In this document: one piece after another, positions 38,908-51,821 of the stretch | Numbering within the stretch: the stretch's first letter is position 1 | Layout of the letters: each line of letters begins with the position of its first letter | NCBI GenBank assembly: GCA_010093815.1 | Contig: ML996566.1 | Strand: one strand, 5' to 3' | Source of the DNA: Pseudovirgaria hyperparasitica | Taxonomy: Eukaryota | Length of the DNA stretch: 64,000 nucleotides | Translations under genes and position numbers: made by a program | Notes under the pieces: generated by a model | What the model saw: the letters and a program-made list of their open reading frames with translations, nothing else | Databases searched by the model: none | What the model was told of the DNA's origin: nothing

Positions 38908-40614
38908 TCAATATCTTGCGCTCCCGCCTCCACTCACGATTGGCGGCGGTGGCACAGAACTGCCGTCTTGATAGCCCATCGGCGGCGGCGGGTAGCCCAT
39001 TGGAGGAGGAGGATACGCGGGATGGGACTGGGGATACATCATGCCTTGGTGCCGAGCCTCGCGGTCTCTGCGCTCCTTTTCCTTTCTGCGCTTCCGGCGC
39101 TTCGTCTCTAGCTCCTTGCACTCGTGTCGATGCTCGTTCATCTCCTTCCACTCGGAAAAGGCTCCCTTGATACCGAGGGCGGCGATGCCGACGGCGGCCG
39201 CGTCCTGCAGCATGTTCTTGCTCTTCTGCTTGCGTGCAACCTCGGCGGTCATCTCGCCCTCGGCCACCATCTTGCGGCGCTTTTCGCTGGCAACCATGCT
39301 GTTGTAGACACCGTGTGCGGCGTGGATGGTTGCGATACTGGCAAAGCCGGCGGTCAGCAGCTCCTTACCTCGCATCTTCTTGCGTTTGGACTCGATATCC
39401 GTGGTGGATTCCGAGTCCGAGCTGCCGCCGCCGCCGTTGTCGCCGCGGGTGGCCTGTCTAGTAGCCACTGCGCCGGCTCCGGCCGCTGGACCTGTCATCG
39501 AGCGTTCGTTATTATTGTTTGCTGCATCGCGTTGCTTATCATACCGACGGCCGCGGGACGGCACATAGCTGTCTTCACTGGACACACTCCGGGACCTGTC
39601 GCGGTTTTTCCTGGATCGGGACTTGGAACGGACACGGTCGTAGATGGCCTTTCCGGCGGCAAGGACGGCTCCAGCTCCAGCAACGTCGCGCACGGTACTT
39701 CTGCCCTCGGACCTGTCGCGGCCGCGGGATCGGCTACGACCAAAGATGGAACGGGACCTGGAGCGAGAACGAGAACGAGAACGAGACTCGGAGCGGCCTC
39801 TTCCACCGCGAGATTGAGAGCGGGAGCCATTTGCAAGACGGTTGGCAACAAGCCCACCAAGTGCGGCCTCGGCAATGTGACGCTTACTCTTCTTATCGGG
39901 GTCTCTGTCAACGAAGCCATCGATGCCAGCAGCACCAAGAGCTGCCGTGGCGATTCGCTGACCCTTCTCGCCCGTCCACGGACCAGGAGCCTTGCGAGAC
40001 CTAAAGGCTTCGACAGCACCAGCTACGACAGCAGCCTTGGCGGCTTGCTCCCATTTTCCACGAGACTGAGACCGCTTACGACGTCCGCCATGGCTTCTGT
40101 CTGAAGACGAGTCGCTGTAGCGGCTTCGACGATCACGGTCACGACGTCCTCCACGGCTGCGGCTGCGGCTGCGATTGCCACCAGCCAGACCACCGAGCAC
40201 GCCACCGAGACCTGCACCCTCAGCAAAGTCCTTGAGTTGGTCGCCAATAGACTTGCGACGATCACGGCGGGGCCTGTCATCGTGGTCCGAGTAGTAGCCA
40301 TCATCGCGGTGGGAGCGGCGTCGAGGCTCGCGTCGCGAGCCACGATCAGAGTAGTAGTCGTCGTCATAGCCTCCTCGCGAGGAGCGAGGAGCGTCGCGGT
40401 AGCCACGACCGTATTGATCGCCCGGAGGAGGAAAGTTTCGGGGGATATCTTCAATGTCGTCGTCGCGGGGACGGTAGGCTAGGTCGCGGACCGGAGCTCC
40501 CGAGCCTCGCTCAATATAAGTGTCCTCGCGTGTGTAGTCAGGGTCTCGTTCTCTGGTCCTATGTCCACGATAGCGACGGTCGTCGCGAGGGTCATCGTAG
40601 CCGTATTGCGACAT
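38908..40614 (-). CDS. Arg/Ser-rich DUF3824-like protein
   Basis: 568-aa ORF; WEQAAKAAVVAGAVEAFRSRK..GPWTGEKGQRIATAALGAAGID, ATIHAAHGVYNSM motifs of a conserved fungal family. Confidence 0.78.
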   Translation of the reverse strand: MSQYGYDDPRDDRRYRGHRTRERDPDYTREDTYIERGSGAPVRDLAYRPRDDDIEDIPRNFPPPGDQYGRGYRDAPRSSRGGYDDDYYSDRGSRREPRRRSHRDDGYYSDHDDRPRRDRRKSIGDQLKDFAEGAGLGGVLGGLAGGNRSRSRSRGGRRDRDRRSRYSDSSSDRSHGGRRKRSQSRGKWEQAAKAAVVAGAVEAFRSRKAPGPWTGEKGQRIATAALGAAGIDGFVDRDPDKKSKRHIAEAALGGLVANRLANGSRSQSRGGRGRSESRSRSRSRSRSRSIFGRSRSRGRDRSEGRSTVRDVAGAGAVLAAGKAIYDRVRSKSRSRKNRDRSRSVSSEDSYVPSRGRRYDKQRDAANNNNERSMTGPAAGAGAVATRQATRGDNGGGGSSDSESTTDIESKRKKMRGKELLTAGFASIATIHAAHGVYNSMVASEKRRKMVAEGEMTAEVARKQKSKNMLQDAAAVGIAALGIKGAFSEWKEMNEHRHECKELETKRRKRRKEKERRDREARHQGMMYPQSHPAYPPPPMGYPPPPMGYQDGSSVPPPPIVSGGGSARY

Positions 40615-41822
40615 GGTGGAAATGGTGATGATGCTCGCTCAAGTGATGTGTTCAGTCCTGTTCCGTAGTCCGGCAGTCTATCAACACAGTCAGTTTCACA
40701 GCTCGGCTCACGATGGCAATAGAGCACGACAGAACGTACGGTATGTCCAGAGTAGAAATGTAATCTCGTAACTCTTACGGTTGAAACGCAAGTAGTGGTG
40801 GTCGAGCAATGAAGGCGAGAAGGGCGCTGCGTGAGACAGACGAGGCTCAGAGAGAGAGAGAGAGAGCGTGTGTGTGGTGGGGTGATGGTAGTTTGTTTCA
40901 CGCAATGACGGGCGCTCGAGCAGGCAGCAGATATATAGACAGACCAGGAGAGTCTGGAAGATCCGGTCAGCTAGGACAGCGGCGGTGGTATGGGTTGTAT
41001 GGGTTCGATGGAGGAGGGATGTTTTTGGTCGTCAGTGTGATGGAGCGGACGGACAGTGACGGCAGAGGTGAAGAGGGGGGTGGTGGTGGTGAGAGAATGG
41101 AGATGGGCAGTAATGAGTGGGCAACAGTGGGCGATACTGGGCAGCAAAGATCTAGCGGGCAGCACCACCCACGATGACACAACCCCCCTCCCCTCCCCCC
41201 CTTCTCTCCCGCCATAACCGGGCTCAGCCAGGGTAAACAAGGGCTTTCACACATTCACACGCCTTTTCCTTTCTACGTCTTTGCACACCCAGCCTGACTG
41301 CCCACAGCCACAACCAGCCAATCATCGCTCGCGTAGGGCCGCAACCACGCCAAAGTTAGACTTTTTCTCGCGTGCAGCCCGACTTTGGCAGCCATGCGAT
41401 CGTGACGTCACTGACAGGGACAGCGACACAACAGCATCAGCACCGGCATCGACGACGACGACAACAATAATAAACGAGGCCTTTCTTTGCGTCTATCGTG
41501 ACTTTGATCCATCTATTATCCAGTGTGATGCTTGGAGTTAGTGAATGAGTAAACGCAGCTGACCGCAGCAGCGAGCGTATATATCTACCCTATGTCGACA
41601 GTCCACGTCCACCCTCATCACACGTGCCCGGTCAGCTCGTCTTCCCACCACCACCACCACCACCACCACACTAGGTATCCATGATATGCAAGTAAGAGAG
41701 AGGTTGTGGCGCAGTCTTCACCCTGCCTGCTGCTTGCTCAACACCGTCGCTGTCGTCATTCCTCATTCGTTACCGGTGTGCTGATGCTGTTGTTGCTGTT
41801 GTTGCTGTTAATAATAATAATA

Positions 41823-42178
41823 ATATACTAGGGTGGCCTGCGGCCGGCAGACTGCGTGCAGTCTCAATTTAAGGCACTAAGGCACTAAGGCACGCCGGAA
41901 AATCCACGGCTAAGACGTGCGAATTTTCAAGCTGCTACCAAACGCGATACCAGAGGCTTATAAACCTATCTCGTCCGTGAGTATAGCCCTGCAGAGGATA
42001 AAAAGTATATGAAAATACTCGTCGTAGGCAGGGCTACAAAACTGGGGACCAGATTTTTGAATTAGGGCCTGGTTAATTTAATATGTGGCAAAAGGTGAGT
42101 TTTTAGACGTGATTTTGGTGAGGGCGCTAGCGGGCGCTAGATAAAACATTGCATCTTTTTATGATTCCTTTGGAATAT
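41823..42178 (-). mobile_element. 356-bp non-autonomous element, Helitron-like (copy 2, inverted)
   Basis: Reverse complement of 13867-14222; CTAG end abuts an (AAT)n tract at 41809-41824. Confidence 0.75.
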
Positions 42179-42795
42179 CACCTCGTCAGGATAATCCCTC
42201 TAACCAAGCACTCAACACTTTCACACACACCACTTTTGTTTTGCGCACTTATCGTCGTATCTAGTCGTCATATTCGGCGCCGACGCATGGTCCCCCCAGT
42301 ATTAGCCTCATCTACGTAATTAACTGCTGTACATACATATTGCAAGACAGACGGTCAGTCAGTCTCAGTCAGTCAGACCGGCAGACGCCCCTCAACCCTT
42401 CTATCCACCGCGCTGCGTAAATATCTCGTTTCAGCCCTGAAACCGAACACTGCCCCGGTCGCGGACCAAAGCTTTTTCCCCCCCTTCGTTCGGACCCTGC
42501 CGCTGCCCCTTTTCTTTACTGTTATTTATTCCTAGCCATGCACGTGATTGCTACTGCGAATGAAATGCCCTTCTGTGTGTGTGTGTCAAGCCACGAAGCT
42601 TGTATACCTAGAGAGCCATTCTAAAAAGCGAGTGTATTACACGGGGAAAATGCCATATTTGGATGCTACATATGCCCCCCCAATTGCGCCCCAGAGATGC
42701 AGCCAGACAAAAAACTCTGTACCATATGCTGATTCAAAATGCTCATCATGCTTTCCTTTCCACTGCCTTGCTACTCTTCTTCCTCCTCCCCCTCC

Positions 42796-45161
42796 TCAGA
42801 CATCCCCCTCAGACACGCCGACACTCTCGACCGATGCCGGGTCGACCGTCTCGACAAACGCTCTCCGCACAAACGCGAGCCATTGTTTCGTCTTGTGCTT
42901 TCTCTTCTCGTGCTTCTTCTTCTTTTTCTTATTCTTGTGCTTCTTCTCCGCATCGACCTCTCCCCCTACCACATCACCCTCCTCATCGTTCTCATCCCGC
43001 CCTTCGTACTCTTCTTGTGACACGTCAGTCTCGCCCGCAGACCGATACGCGCCAATCTTCCTCGCCAGTTTGACATAGCTCCGCACCGTGAGGTCCTTCA
43101 GTCCAAACTCCTTGTCGTCAAACGTGCTGTACTCGACCTCGTACTTGAACTCGTTTGGATGGGGCTCCTGGTCCTTGTGCTTGTGAGGGTGCTTGCCGTG
43201 GTGCTTGCCCGGCTTCCAGCGCTGGCCATCGACGTCTTGGGCGGCACCGTTCTCAAGGCCGGAGAAGTCAGACACGTCATCCTCATTATCAGATGGCGTG
43301 GTGAAGTCGTTGTTGATGTGTGTCAGGTTGGCGAAGAACTGCGTGTAGCCGAGTAGCGACAGGGGCTGAGGTGAGTATGCAGGACCGGGCGGGCTGTGTT
43401 TCGAGGGCGGATGGGGAACGGTGAACTTGTACTTTTTCTTTTTCTTCTTCTTCTGCGCATCCAGGTCGTCGTCGTCGTCGTCCGTCTCGCTCTCCACTTC
43501 ATTCGCCCCAGCAAGAACAGTCTGCTGCTGCAGATATCGCCCGCGCACCACAGGGCTGTCTGCGTGCTCCAGGCCGCTCGTGTTGTACGAAAAAATGCGC
43601 ATGGTGGGGAAGTAATTTGGCACCACACTCGCCTGCACGTGAGTCACACTGTATCTCTCACCCCACTTGCCTCCGATCTTATCGCGATAGGCGGCGTGTC
43701 GACCACCACCATGTGCCTTGCCATGCTTCTTGTTCTTGCCCACACCAAGCCATGTGGCCAACTTCCTCCAAGACCAGGCCGTCGAGTCTTCCCCATCACA
43801 CTCCATCTCGTCATCTACATCGAGAGCTTCAGACTTTGCGGATGGCGGAGTAGGGAGTTTGCTCCACTCATCCCGCAAGTCCAGCAAGTAGTCCGTCGCC
43901 GAGTTGATCTTGATCTCATCGCCCAGAAACTCACGCTGGGTCGACAACGGGTCCATTCGCCCGTCAAGCACATCCGGCCTGATCTCGCTAAAGTCTTGGA
44001 GCATGAAATGCGCGATGTTCATGTGTCCATACATGCTGGCTATAATCACATCGCGATACTGCTGCATCCACAGTGTGTATTTTTGCCAGCACGTCTCTTC
44101 CCAACTCTCCTTGTTCTCTGTCCGTGCTGGTGGAACATGTCCGATCAGGATGGCCTTCATGCCGCGCTCACGCATGAATTGCAGCTGGATGCGCAGCCAC
44201 TCAAATTGTTCGTAGCCAGGCTCGGATTTGGCGGCGCAGCCATCAACGGCGGAGTTGGAGGCAAAAAAGTACCTGTTCTGTTTAGCAATGACAAAATGCG
44301 GAGGTCCTCTCACACATACATGGTATTCATGCTAAAGATAGCCAGCCTGTTCGGAATAGCCTCGACGTAGAACCAGCCGCCTCTCTGGAACTGATGACGT
44401 TGCTCCTCCGGGATAAAGCTCCGCCACACGTCCAGATACTTGTTCGTCCAGAAATTCGGCCCCTCTGTGAAGATGTTGTGGGGAAGAATATCGTTATTCC
44501 CAATATTCGGCACCACAGGAATCTCCAGGGCGTTCCGGGGATAGTCGTCCCCGCCGTCATGATGCTTCCGCCCAAACACCTCGAGGAACTTGGCCACAAG
44601 CAGCTGGTTCTGCTCGACCACAGACTCCGTGCTGCGCGGCAGCTTCTCATCGTTGTCGTGCCGCGCCGAGTCGCCGGTCCAGATGACAAAGTCCACCTCA
44701 TCCTTGATGTTCTTGTCGATCCAGTCAAACGTCGCGTTCACGAGCGAGATGGGCGAGTCACAGCTCGATGTTTCGGCGCCATAGTATCCAGCACTGCCGT
44801 TCCCTCGATGGCACGTCCCCTCGGCGTCTGTCGCAGCGTAGGTTTTGTAGAAAGGGTCAGGATGGAAGTCTGCAGTCCGCCCCGTTAGCCAAGTCCCAGA
44901 CCCCCCCAAACTGTGTCAAGCTCAAAACTCACCTGTGATATGCAAGAATCGCCCATGAAGCTTCTTCTTCCTCTTCCCTGTCACCGATCGTGAAATACCA
45001 CCATCAACACCACCACCACCACCAAAGCCAGTCGTTGCATGTGCAGCAGCAGCAGTAGTACCCGGGCCGAAGCGTGGCACTGACAGAGCTTGAGCTGGCT
45101 GCCCGAGTAGTGCCGGTACCAGCAGCAACAGCTCCAACGGGAGCTGGTTCAGTATCCGCAT
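42796..45161 (-). CDS. PPN1: Vacuolar endopolyphosphatase
   Basis: LHGRFLHIT|DFHPDPFY, VIWTGDSARHDND, GNNDILPHN, LIGHVPP, YGHMN, SVVPNYFPT, DLTVRSYVKLAR metallophosphoesterase motifs; 2 introns. Confidence 0.95.
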
Positions 45162-45915
45162 CTCTTTGACCTGCCAACGCTACCTACCTAGGTGACATTT
45201 GAAAAAGAACTCGCAAGGTTGAATGTTTATGTGCGTGCGAGAGACCTGAGCGATCCAATTTTGTATCTGGTTTGCAGTCGGAGTGTCCAAAGAAAAGAAG
45301 CAAAAAAAATGGTTCAACATGCGACTGACATGCAAGAGTGACTTTCTGCAAAACCGACCACCAGACACGCTGCGAATGACCCATGTGGATTTGCTCCGCA
45401 TCATGAGTGGCTGGCGCGGACGCGGACGTTGCCTAGCTGTCTCTTAGCGCCCCCTCAAAGCCCCCACGTGGCTGGCGACGGAAAGCCCACTGCAGCTGAT
45501 CGATCGTCAGTAAAAAATGCTCACTGGACTTTCCCAGACCTCCAGAGTCTCGTGACCCCCCCTATTTTACTATTCACATCCTAGACATGATACATCGCAC
45601 CAAACATTGAGCTGTAGTAATCCTGATGTCTGTTCAATTCTTGGTACAAGAGTTGCTCTCACGCGCCCGACTCTAATCTCTGGTTCTCTCTGATCATCTA
45701 CCCCCCCCATGCGCCCGTTTTGTCCTGGATAACAGTAACCGTTGCAAATGCCCGATATACACCGCCCAGTCAACCTGACCGTCACAACACTGTATGCTGA
45801 TGACCATTCCAAACACCATGCTATGATATGCTTTCAAGGGCACATGAACGGCGGGCTAAGTAAGCCTCGTCATTTCAAAAGATAATCAAAACGCCTGTGA
45901 TATGCTTCCCCACTC

Positions 45916-48900
45916 CTAGATCGCCGCGGATGGCTGTCCGTCCTCTTTGCTGCCGTTGCTTTTCATCGCCGACTTCTTCTCCACGTCTTTCTCGAGTTCC
46001 TTGTCTCGAAGCCGCTTGTACATCTTCTTGAGCTCTATGTTCGATATCTTCTTGTTTGGCCAGTATGTCACCACGAATGCCCTGCAATGCTGTTAGTACA
46101 TCGACCTAATAGTCTACACCAACTCGTTAAACATACCAGTATCGATCCTCCAAGGCCTCAGAAGAAGACGTCTTGACGAGTTCCGTTATAAATTCTCCAA
46201 TCCGGAGAGTCTCAATCTTGAGGATCTTGAGCCGCTGATCGTGTTCAGGCGTGCCTTGTTTCGTGGCCCCCTTGAGGCGATTGAGCCTATCTTGGATTGG
46301 CGTGAAGAGAACCGCAACGGCTTTATCACCGCCATGACTGTTGCTTGTCTCCTTCTCAGCCTTTTCGCCCTTCTCCTTTTTCTCTGATGTTGACGTCTCT
46401 CCGCTGCCTCGGACGGCGTTCCCATGATTGTGCTGCGGAAGAGTACGCTCAACCACTCTCTGTCGAGGCCGCTCCATGGTCTCACCACTGGGCTTGCGTC
46501 GAATCTCGGGTGTGCCATTCCTTTCACTATGATGATTCATGCGGCGATCCATACTTTTTCGGTGGTCGCTATTGCTCTGCGCTCGGTGACGAGACTTCTC
46601 TGGTTCGCGTTTACGGTTGCTGTGAGGAGCTGGGCTAGCTGATACACTGGCTCCGTTGTCTTGCCGACCCTTCTGAAGACTCCATTTCTTGTTGTTACGG
46701 TGGTGATTTTCGAGAGCCCGTTTGGCAGCCAGGTTCGTACCGTTACTGGTCTTATCCTTCAGGACGCTCATGAGGTAGTTGGCTCGTCGCACGAGGTGGA
46801 CCGCACCCGGGGACTTGGCGTTCTTTTCCTCGCCCTTGTTACGTTCTTCTTTCTTGTCGACACGGTGTTCTTCGAGGAAGAACTTGTCATTTAATGCTAG
46901 GTCGGGATCGTCGCGGATTGCTGTCCATGCACCATAGCCGTGTCGCATTATCCCAACGCAGAGCATGCCATCCTCGCGCGCACCCCAAGGGCACGTGTAA
47001 TGGGCAGGTTTTGAAGCCTCTGTGATTCGGAACGCTTTATGGTCTGCCACGGCTCCAATCACTTCTTTCAGCATCCTCATCTCATGAGGTCGTTCAGTGA
47101 TGGTCTCCGCATTGATGCGCTTTACACCCCTGTAGTCGAACAAAACAGCCTTCCTGTCCTTCTTGGTCAGGACCTTGTTAGCTTCGCGCTCCAGAGCGTC
47201 CAGCTTGTCTTGCTCTTCTTTGAGGAGTTTCTGGCTGATTCCCACAACTTCATTCATGGTCGCGTGCAAAAGATCGATGTTGCGGCCCACAAGTTTCGCA
47301 TCCTTGACCATTTCCTCGCCCTTTTCGCTGAGAGAGCCCCACTTCTCATACGCGCGAATCAGATTTCTGGTCTCCTTCTCGCTCAAGGGACGATTGGGAT
47401 CTTGATCAGGACCAGAGTCGTCGTCAGATGCGTCTTCAGCTGCCGCCGCAATCGCTGCCTGGCGTGCTCTTTTCTTTGCAGCTCTCTGTTCCCTCTCGTC
47501 GCTGGGCGCTTTCCTCTTGCGAGGAGCATTTTGTTCGATGACTTCGGCGAGATATTTCTCGTCTTCTTTCTTCTTTTCCTCAGCCTTGATGATGTCAAGA
47601 TGCTCTTTCGGTATGATCTCATCCCATTCGAGATCGATCTTCACATCCGTGTACTCAAAACTCTTAAGGAAATCCTCACCACCGTCGGACGTCAAGCCTG
47701 TTGCCTGTTCCGTCTGATGCTCTTCTGCGTTCTCGAGGACTGCATCAATGTCAAGCTCTTCAAGCCTCTTTTGATTGCCTGTTTGTTCAAACATCTTCTG
47801 GCCGCGTCGTTTGAGGATACGATTGATGTCATCTGACGATGTGGGCTCAGCGGTGCTATGTCCAGCACGTGATAGTTTCTCTCTGAAGTCCGTCGCGTCT
47901 TTGTCGGTGACACCGCGCTGAATAGTGATGAATTCCAGCATCAGTTTGTTTCTCGCACGCTCGAGTACCTCCTCCTCGACTGTGTCCTTCGAAACCAGGC
48001 GGTAAACGCTAACAGGTTTCTTTTGTCCAATACGATGCGCGCGAGCCATAGCTTGCAAGTCAGCTTGCGGATTCCAGTCAGAGTCAAACAAAATGACAGT
48101 ATCAGCTGTCATGAGATTGATGCCCAGGCCACCGGCTCGTGTCGATAAGAGGAAACAAAAGTCTTTGCTCTCTGGGGCGTTGAAATGATCGATGGCCATT
48201 CTTCGGGGGCCAGAAGCGATAGTGCCGTCAAGCCGCTGGTATTGGTGACCGCGAAGCTGCAAATAATCTCCCAGGATGTTAAGCATTTGCACCATCTGAC
48301 TGAAGATGAGCACTCGATGATTGTCCTTCTTGAGCTTCGTCAGGAGTTGATCAAGGAGCATCATTTTGCCACTGCTTGTGATCAATGCCCTCAGTTGATC
48401 CTCGCGAGCGTTGCCGTTTTCAAGCAACCTTTCCTCAACATTTGGAAACATGAAAGGATGATTGCTAGCCTTCTTGAGCTCCATCATGATGTTTAACAGT
48501 GACTGCTTTGGTCCTTTAACACCAGCATTGAGAGCAGTGTAGTTCCGGGTGAGGATATTCTTGTAATATTCCAGCTGGATGTCGGAAAGTTCCACGCGGA
48601 TGATCTTCTCAGTCTTTGGAGGAAGGTCATTCTCCACTTTCGACTTGGTGCGGCGTATCATGTAAGGACTGATAGCATCCGACAATTCCTTGATTTTCCG
48701 ACTTGCGTCTTCGGATTGTAGATCAAGGTCCTCCTCCACGGTCACCTTGCCAGGCATTAAGAAGTCCATGAGTGCTGATAGTTCGCTGAGAGTATTCTGC
48801 ATTGGCGTTCCGGTGATGAGGAGGCGACTAGGAACATTAAAGTCCATCAGACGGAGGTAGAGTTGAGAGTCTCTGTTCTTCAGACGATGTGCCTCGTCGA

Positions 48901-50834
48901 CGGCAAGAAATTGCCACTTGACTTGGGACAGGAACGAAGAATCGGCGAGGATGAACTCATATGTAGTCAAAAGGGCATTGAACTTGACTCTCTTGGGATT
49001 GTTGTCGACCAGGAGCTCATACTCGCGGATGATCTTGCGAGAGGGTTCGTTGCCGTTGTATACAACATAGTTGAGGTCTGGAGTCCAGTTATTGAAGGTG
49101 TCGGCCCATGCTGGAAGAGTTGACAAGGGTACGACGACGAGGAAAGGTCCTTGTTGGTCTCTGTCATGGCGAAGCCAATTCATAAAGGATACAGTCTGGA
49201 CGGTCTTGCCTAGACCCATCTCATCAGCGAGGATGACATTGTTGCCCTTGCACCAATGATATGCCAAGAAGTTGATGCCACGAAGCTGGAACTCTCGAAG
49301 CTCTCCATGCTTGATATAGTCCGGCTGTGTCTTGATTGTTTGATGAGGTTTGCGTGTTGCGACTGCGGATTCGGATTTCTTCGAGACCGGCAGTTGGCTT
49401 GAACGATCCAAATATCGATCTATCTCTTTCTGCGATAGTTCGCTAATGAGTTTCGCGTCTTCCCACGTGCTCGATTCGTATTGCAGTCCTTTCCCTAAGA
49501 GCTGTTAGATACTAAGTCAAGAATAACATGAGGACAAATTACATTTCACATAGTATTCCGTATCGTTTCCGTCATCACGAATTCCTATTACGCGTTCTAC
49601 TTGTTGGTAGTCCTCGAGCATGTCCGCGTCACGTTCGCGGTCCAGATGCCACGCCTCCTTTTCTTCCAGAGAGACGTCAGGGTCTTCTAGTATGCGTACT
49701 TCTTCCATGACGATCTTGCGCCAGTAGTTTTCGAGCTTGCGATAGCCGCGGTAGCCATTGAGGCTTGCAAATGTTTCCCATGAAGCATGATAGTGAGCGC
49801 GGCCGTTCCATTTTATCTGTGAACGCATTAAGAACATGCTCATGTCGAGGGTGCACAAGGCATTGCTTACATTAAATTCGTAGGACTGTTTAGAGACCAG
49901 GTCCTCTTTTCCAACGCCTTCTTTCAGTCGGTGTTTGAGGACGACATCGACACCAGTAGAATCTTGTTCGGGGTTGTTGACCCAATAGTTAGGTGTCAAC
50001 GCGTCAGATTCCAGCTCACTCAATGGGTCCTCCTCATCTTCGTTGTATGTCTGGACTTTGGCAGCCCTTCGAGTTGAGAATCGTACTTCGGCTTGCGATG
50101 GGGGTGCGAGACCTGCAGCCACTTGCATCTGGCGTCGTCGTTGTTTCTTTGTGAGGATGTGCTTCTTGTTGTTGACGTACACATCATCTGATTCTGAATC
50201 TGAATCTGCAGTAGAGTGCATTACAGGTGTTGCATGATTGGAGACTAGGAGACCACTATGAGCTATGATATGAGAGATGATATACCGATGTGACTTACCT
50301 CTGGCAGGAGCTGTAGGTCGACGCTTCTTACGGGCTGGACCACTGACAGCATCAGATCCTGAGTCTTCATCACTGCTGTCGACCTATGAGGCATCAGCAA
50401 TTGCGACGCGACAGATATTTATCGATACGTACCACTCGACGACGTTGGTTTGCCCGGCCCTGTGCGACTGTTAGTTATTATCATGAGGTTACAAACGGGC
50501 GACATACGCTACGTCGAAGACCGAACAACTCAGGGTTATTTCGCATGTGGTCTTCATCATCTTCATCAGTAGCTTTCCGTTTCATGGATCGTCGTGAGTC
50601 CTCTGAAGTTGCTGGGCTGTGAGCCTCAGCCACAGGAGGCTCTGGGCTCGGTGACTCCATGTCGTAATCGGCATCATCCTCGCCCTCAGCATCCTCATCT
50701 TCGGATGAAGCGACTCCTGCATCAGGCGTTTCCTCCTGCTTTGCGACAGATTGACGGTGGTCCTCTTCTGAGCTGTATGCCTCACCAGGCGCGTCATTGA
50801 TGTCAGACAGATCGCTTTCGCTGCGATGGTCCAT
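45916..50834 (-). CDS. CHD1: Chromodomain helicase DNA-binding protein 1
   Basis: Two chromodomains (IKWNGRAHYHASW; YYVKWKGLQYESSTWE after splicing), SNF2 motifs ILADEMGLGKT, DEAH, LLSTRAGGLGINL, QAMARAHRIGQ, SANT-SLIDE region, last exon WAFVVTYWP; start may lie further upstream. Confidence 0.96.
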
Positions 50835-51821
50835 GGGTTTGTAGGAGAGGTTTGCGATACTGGAAGCGTTTGTAAAGCCGTTCGTATGTGGTTCGAGGTT
50901 CACGAAGTCTCGTGAGAGTGATTGGGAGATGGCTCCCGCTGTAATGAGCGACGTTAGTGATGAAGTTGACCTGTACAAAATCTGCAGGGAGCGGTCTGAA
51001 TGCGACTCGAACATAGACAGACAGGCGACTCTAAGCAAGTACAATCGTCCAGAGTGTGACTTTAAAGGGAATAGTAGTCGCAGTGTACATGGGGGGAGTA
51101 GGTATTGATGACTTTGGAGATGGCAGCGGTGAAGGTACACCTGAAGGATCAATGATGGCTCAGAGAGTGACCAAAGACATCAGGAAGCCTTGGAAAGGTG
51201 CAATAGGTAGGAAACACCTCTCAGAAGACTGGAGCAAGCATATATCGTCCATATAGCAGACGTAGTAGATGGATTTGATAGAGAACGCTGGGCGACAGGA
51301 TGGCCGCCTGCCCAGCTCCAGGAGCGCGCGCATAAATCTAGCATATTCAAAGAAAGAGATCACTTACAGTCCATAGCTCGGGAGTCACTTCGGAATATAT
51401 ATGTAGGAAAAAGTGGTTTGACAGTATGGGGGTGGGTGGGTGCGTGTGTGTGGTGTATTGGAGTAGCAGTTTATTGATGAGCGAGGGAAAGCGCGCGGAG
51501 CGAGGTCTAGGTTTAAGCACCAGCGTTGAAGCGGCTGAGGCACTAAGGCATCATCTTCAGAGCGCGCCCGCGAATTACCCGTGCTATTCCGTGTAGAGAA
51601 TTCCATGGTACAGGCGAGCCAAACACAGTGTAGGGAGAGTCGCTTACCGCCCCAGTGCTCCCCGCGGTGCCGCGAAAAAATGCCCCTCCTGCAACTGCTG
51701 TATACATTTCGCGTAGTGTTGAATAATATCTCGACATCTGCTTTCGAGATCTGCCAGCAACGACAGCGTACACTAGATTCTACATTGCCATTGCTGCCGT
51801 TGCTTCGCTGCTCTCTACAGA

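Noticed and set aside
51538..51550. 13-mer AGGCACTAAGGCA in the CHD1/RLI1 divergent promoter matching the element's internal repeat
   Set aside because: A single 13-nt match to some part of a 356-bp element is roughly expected by chance in 64 kb.
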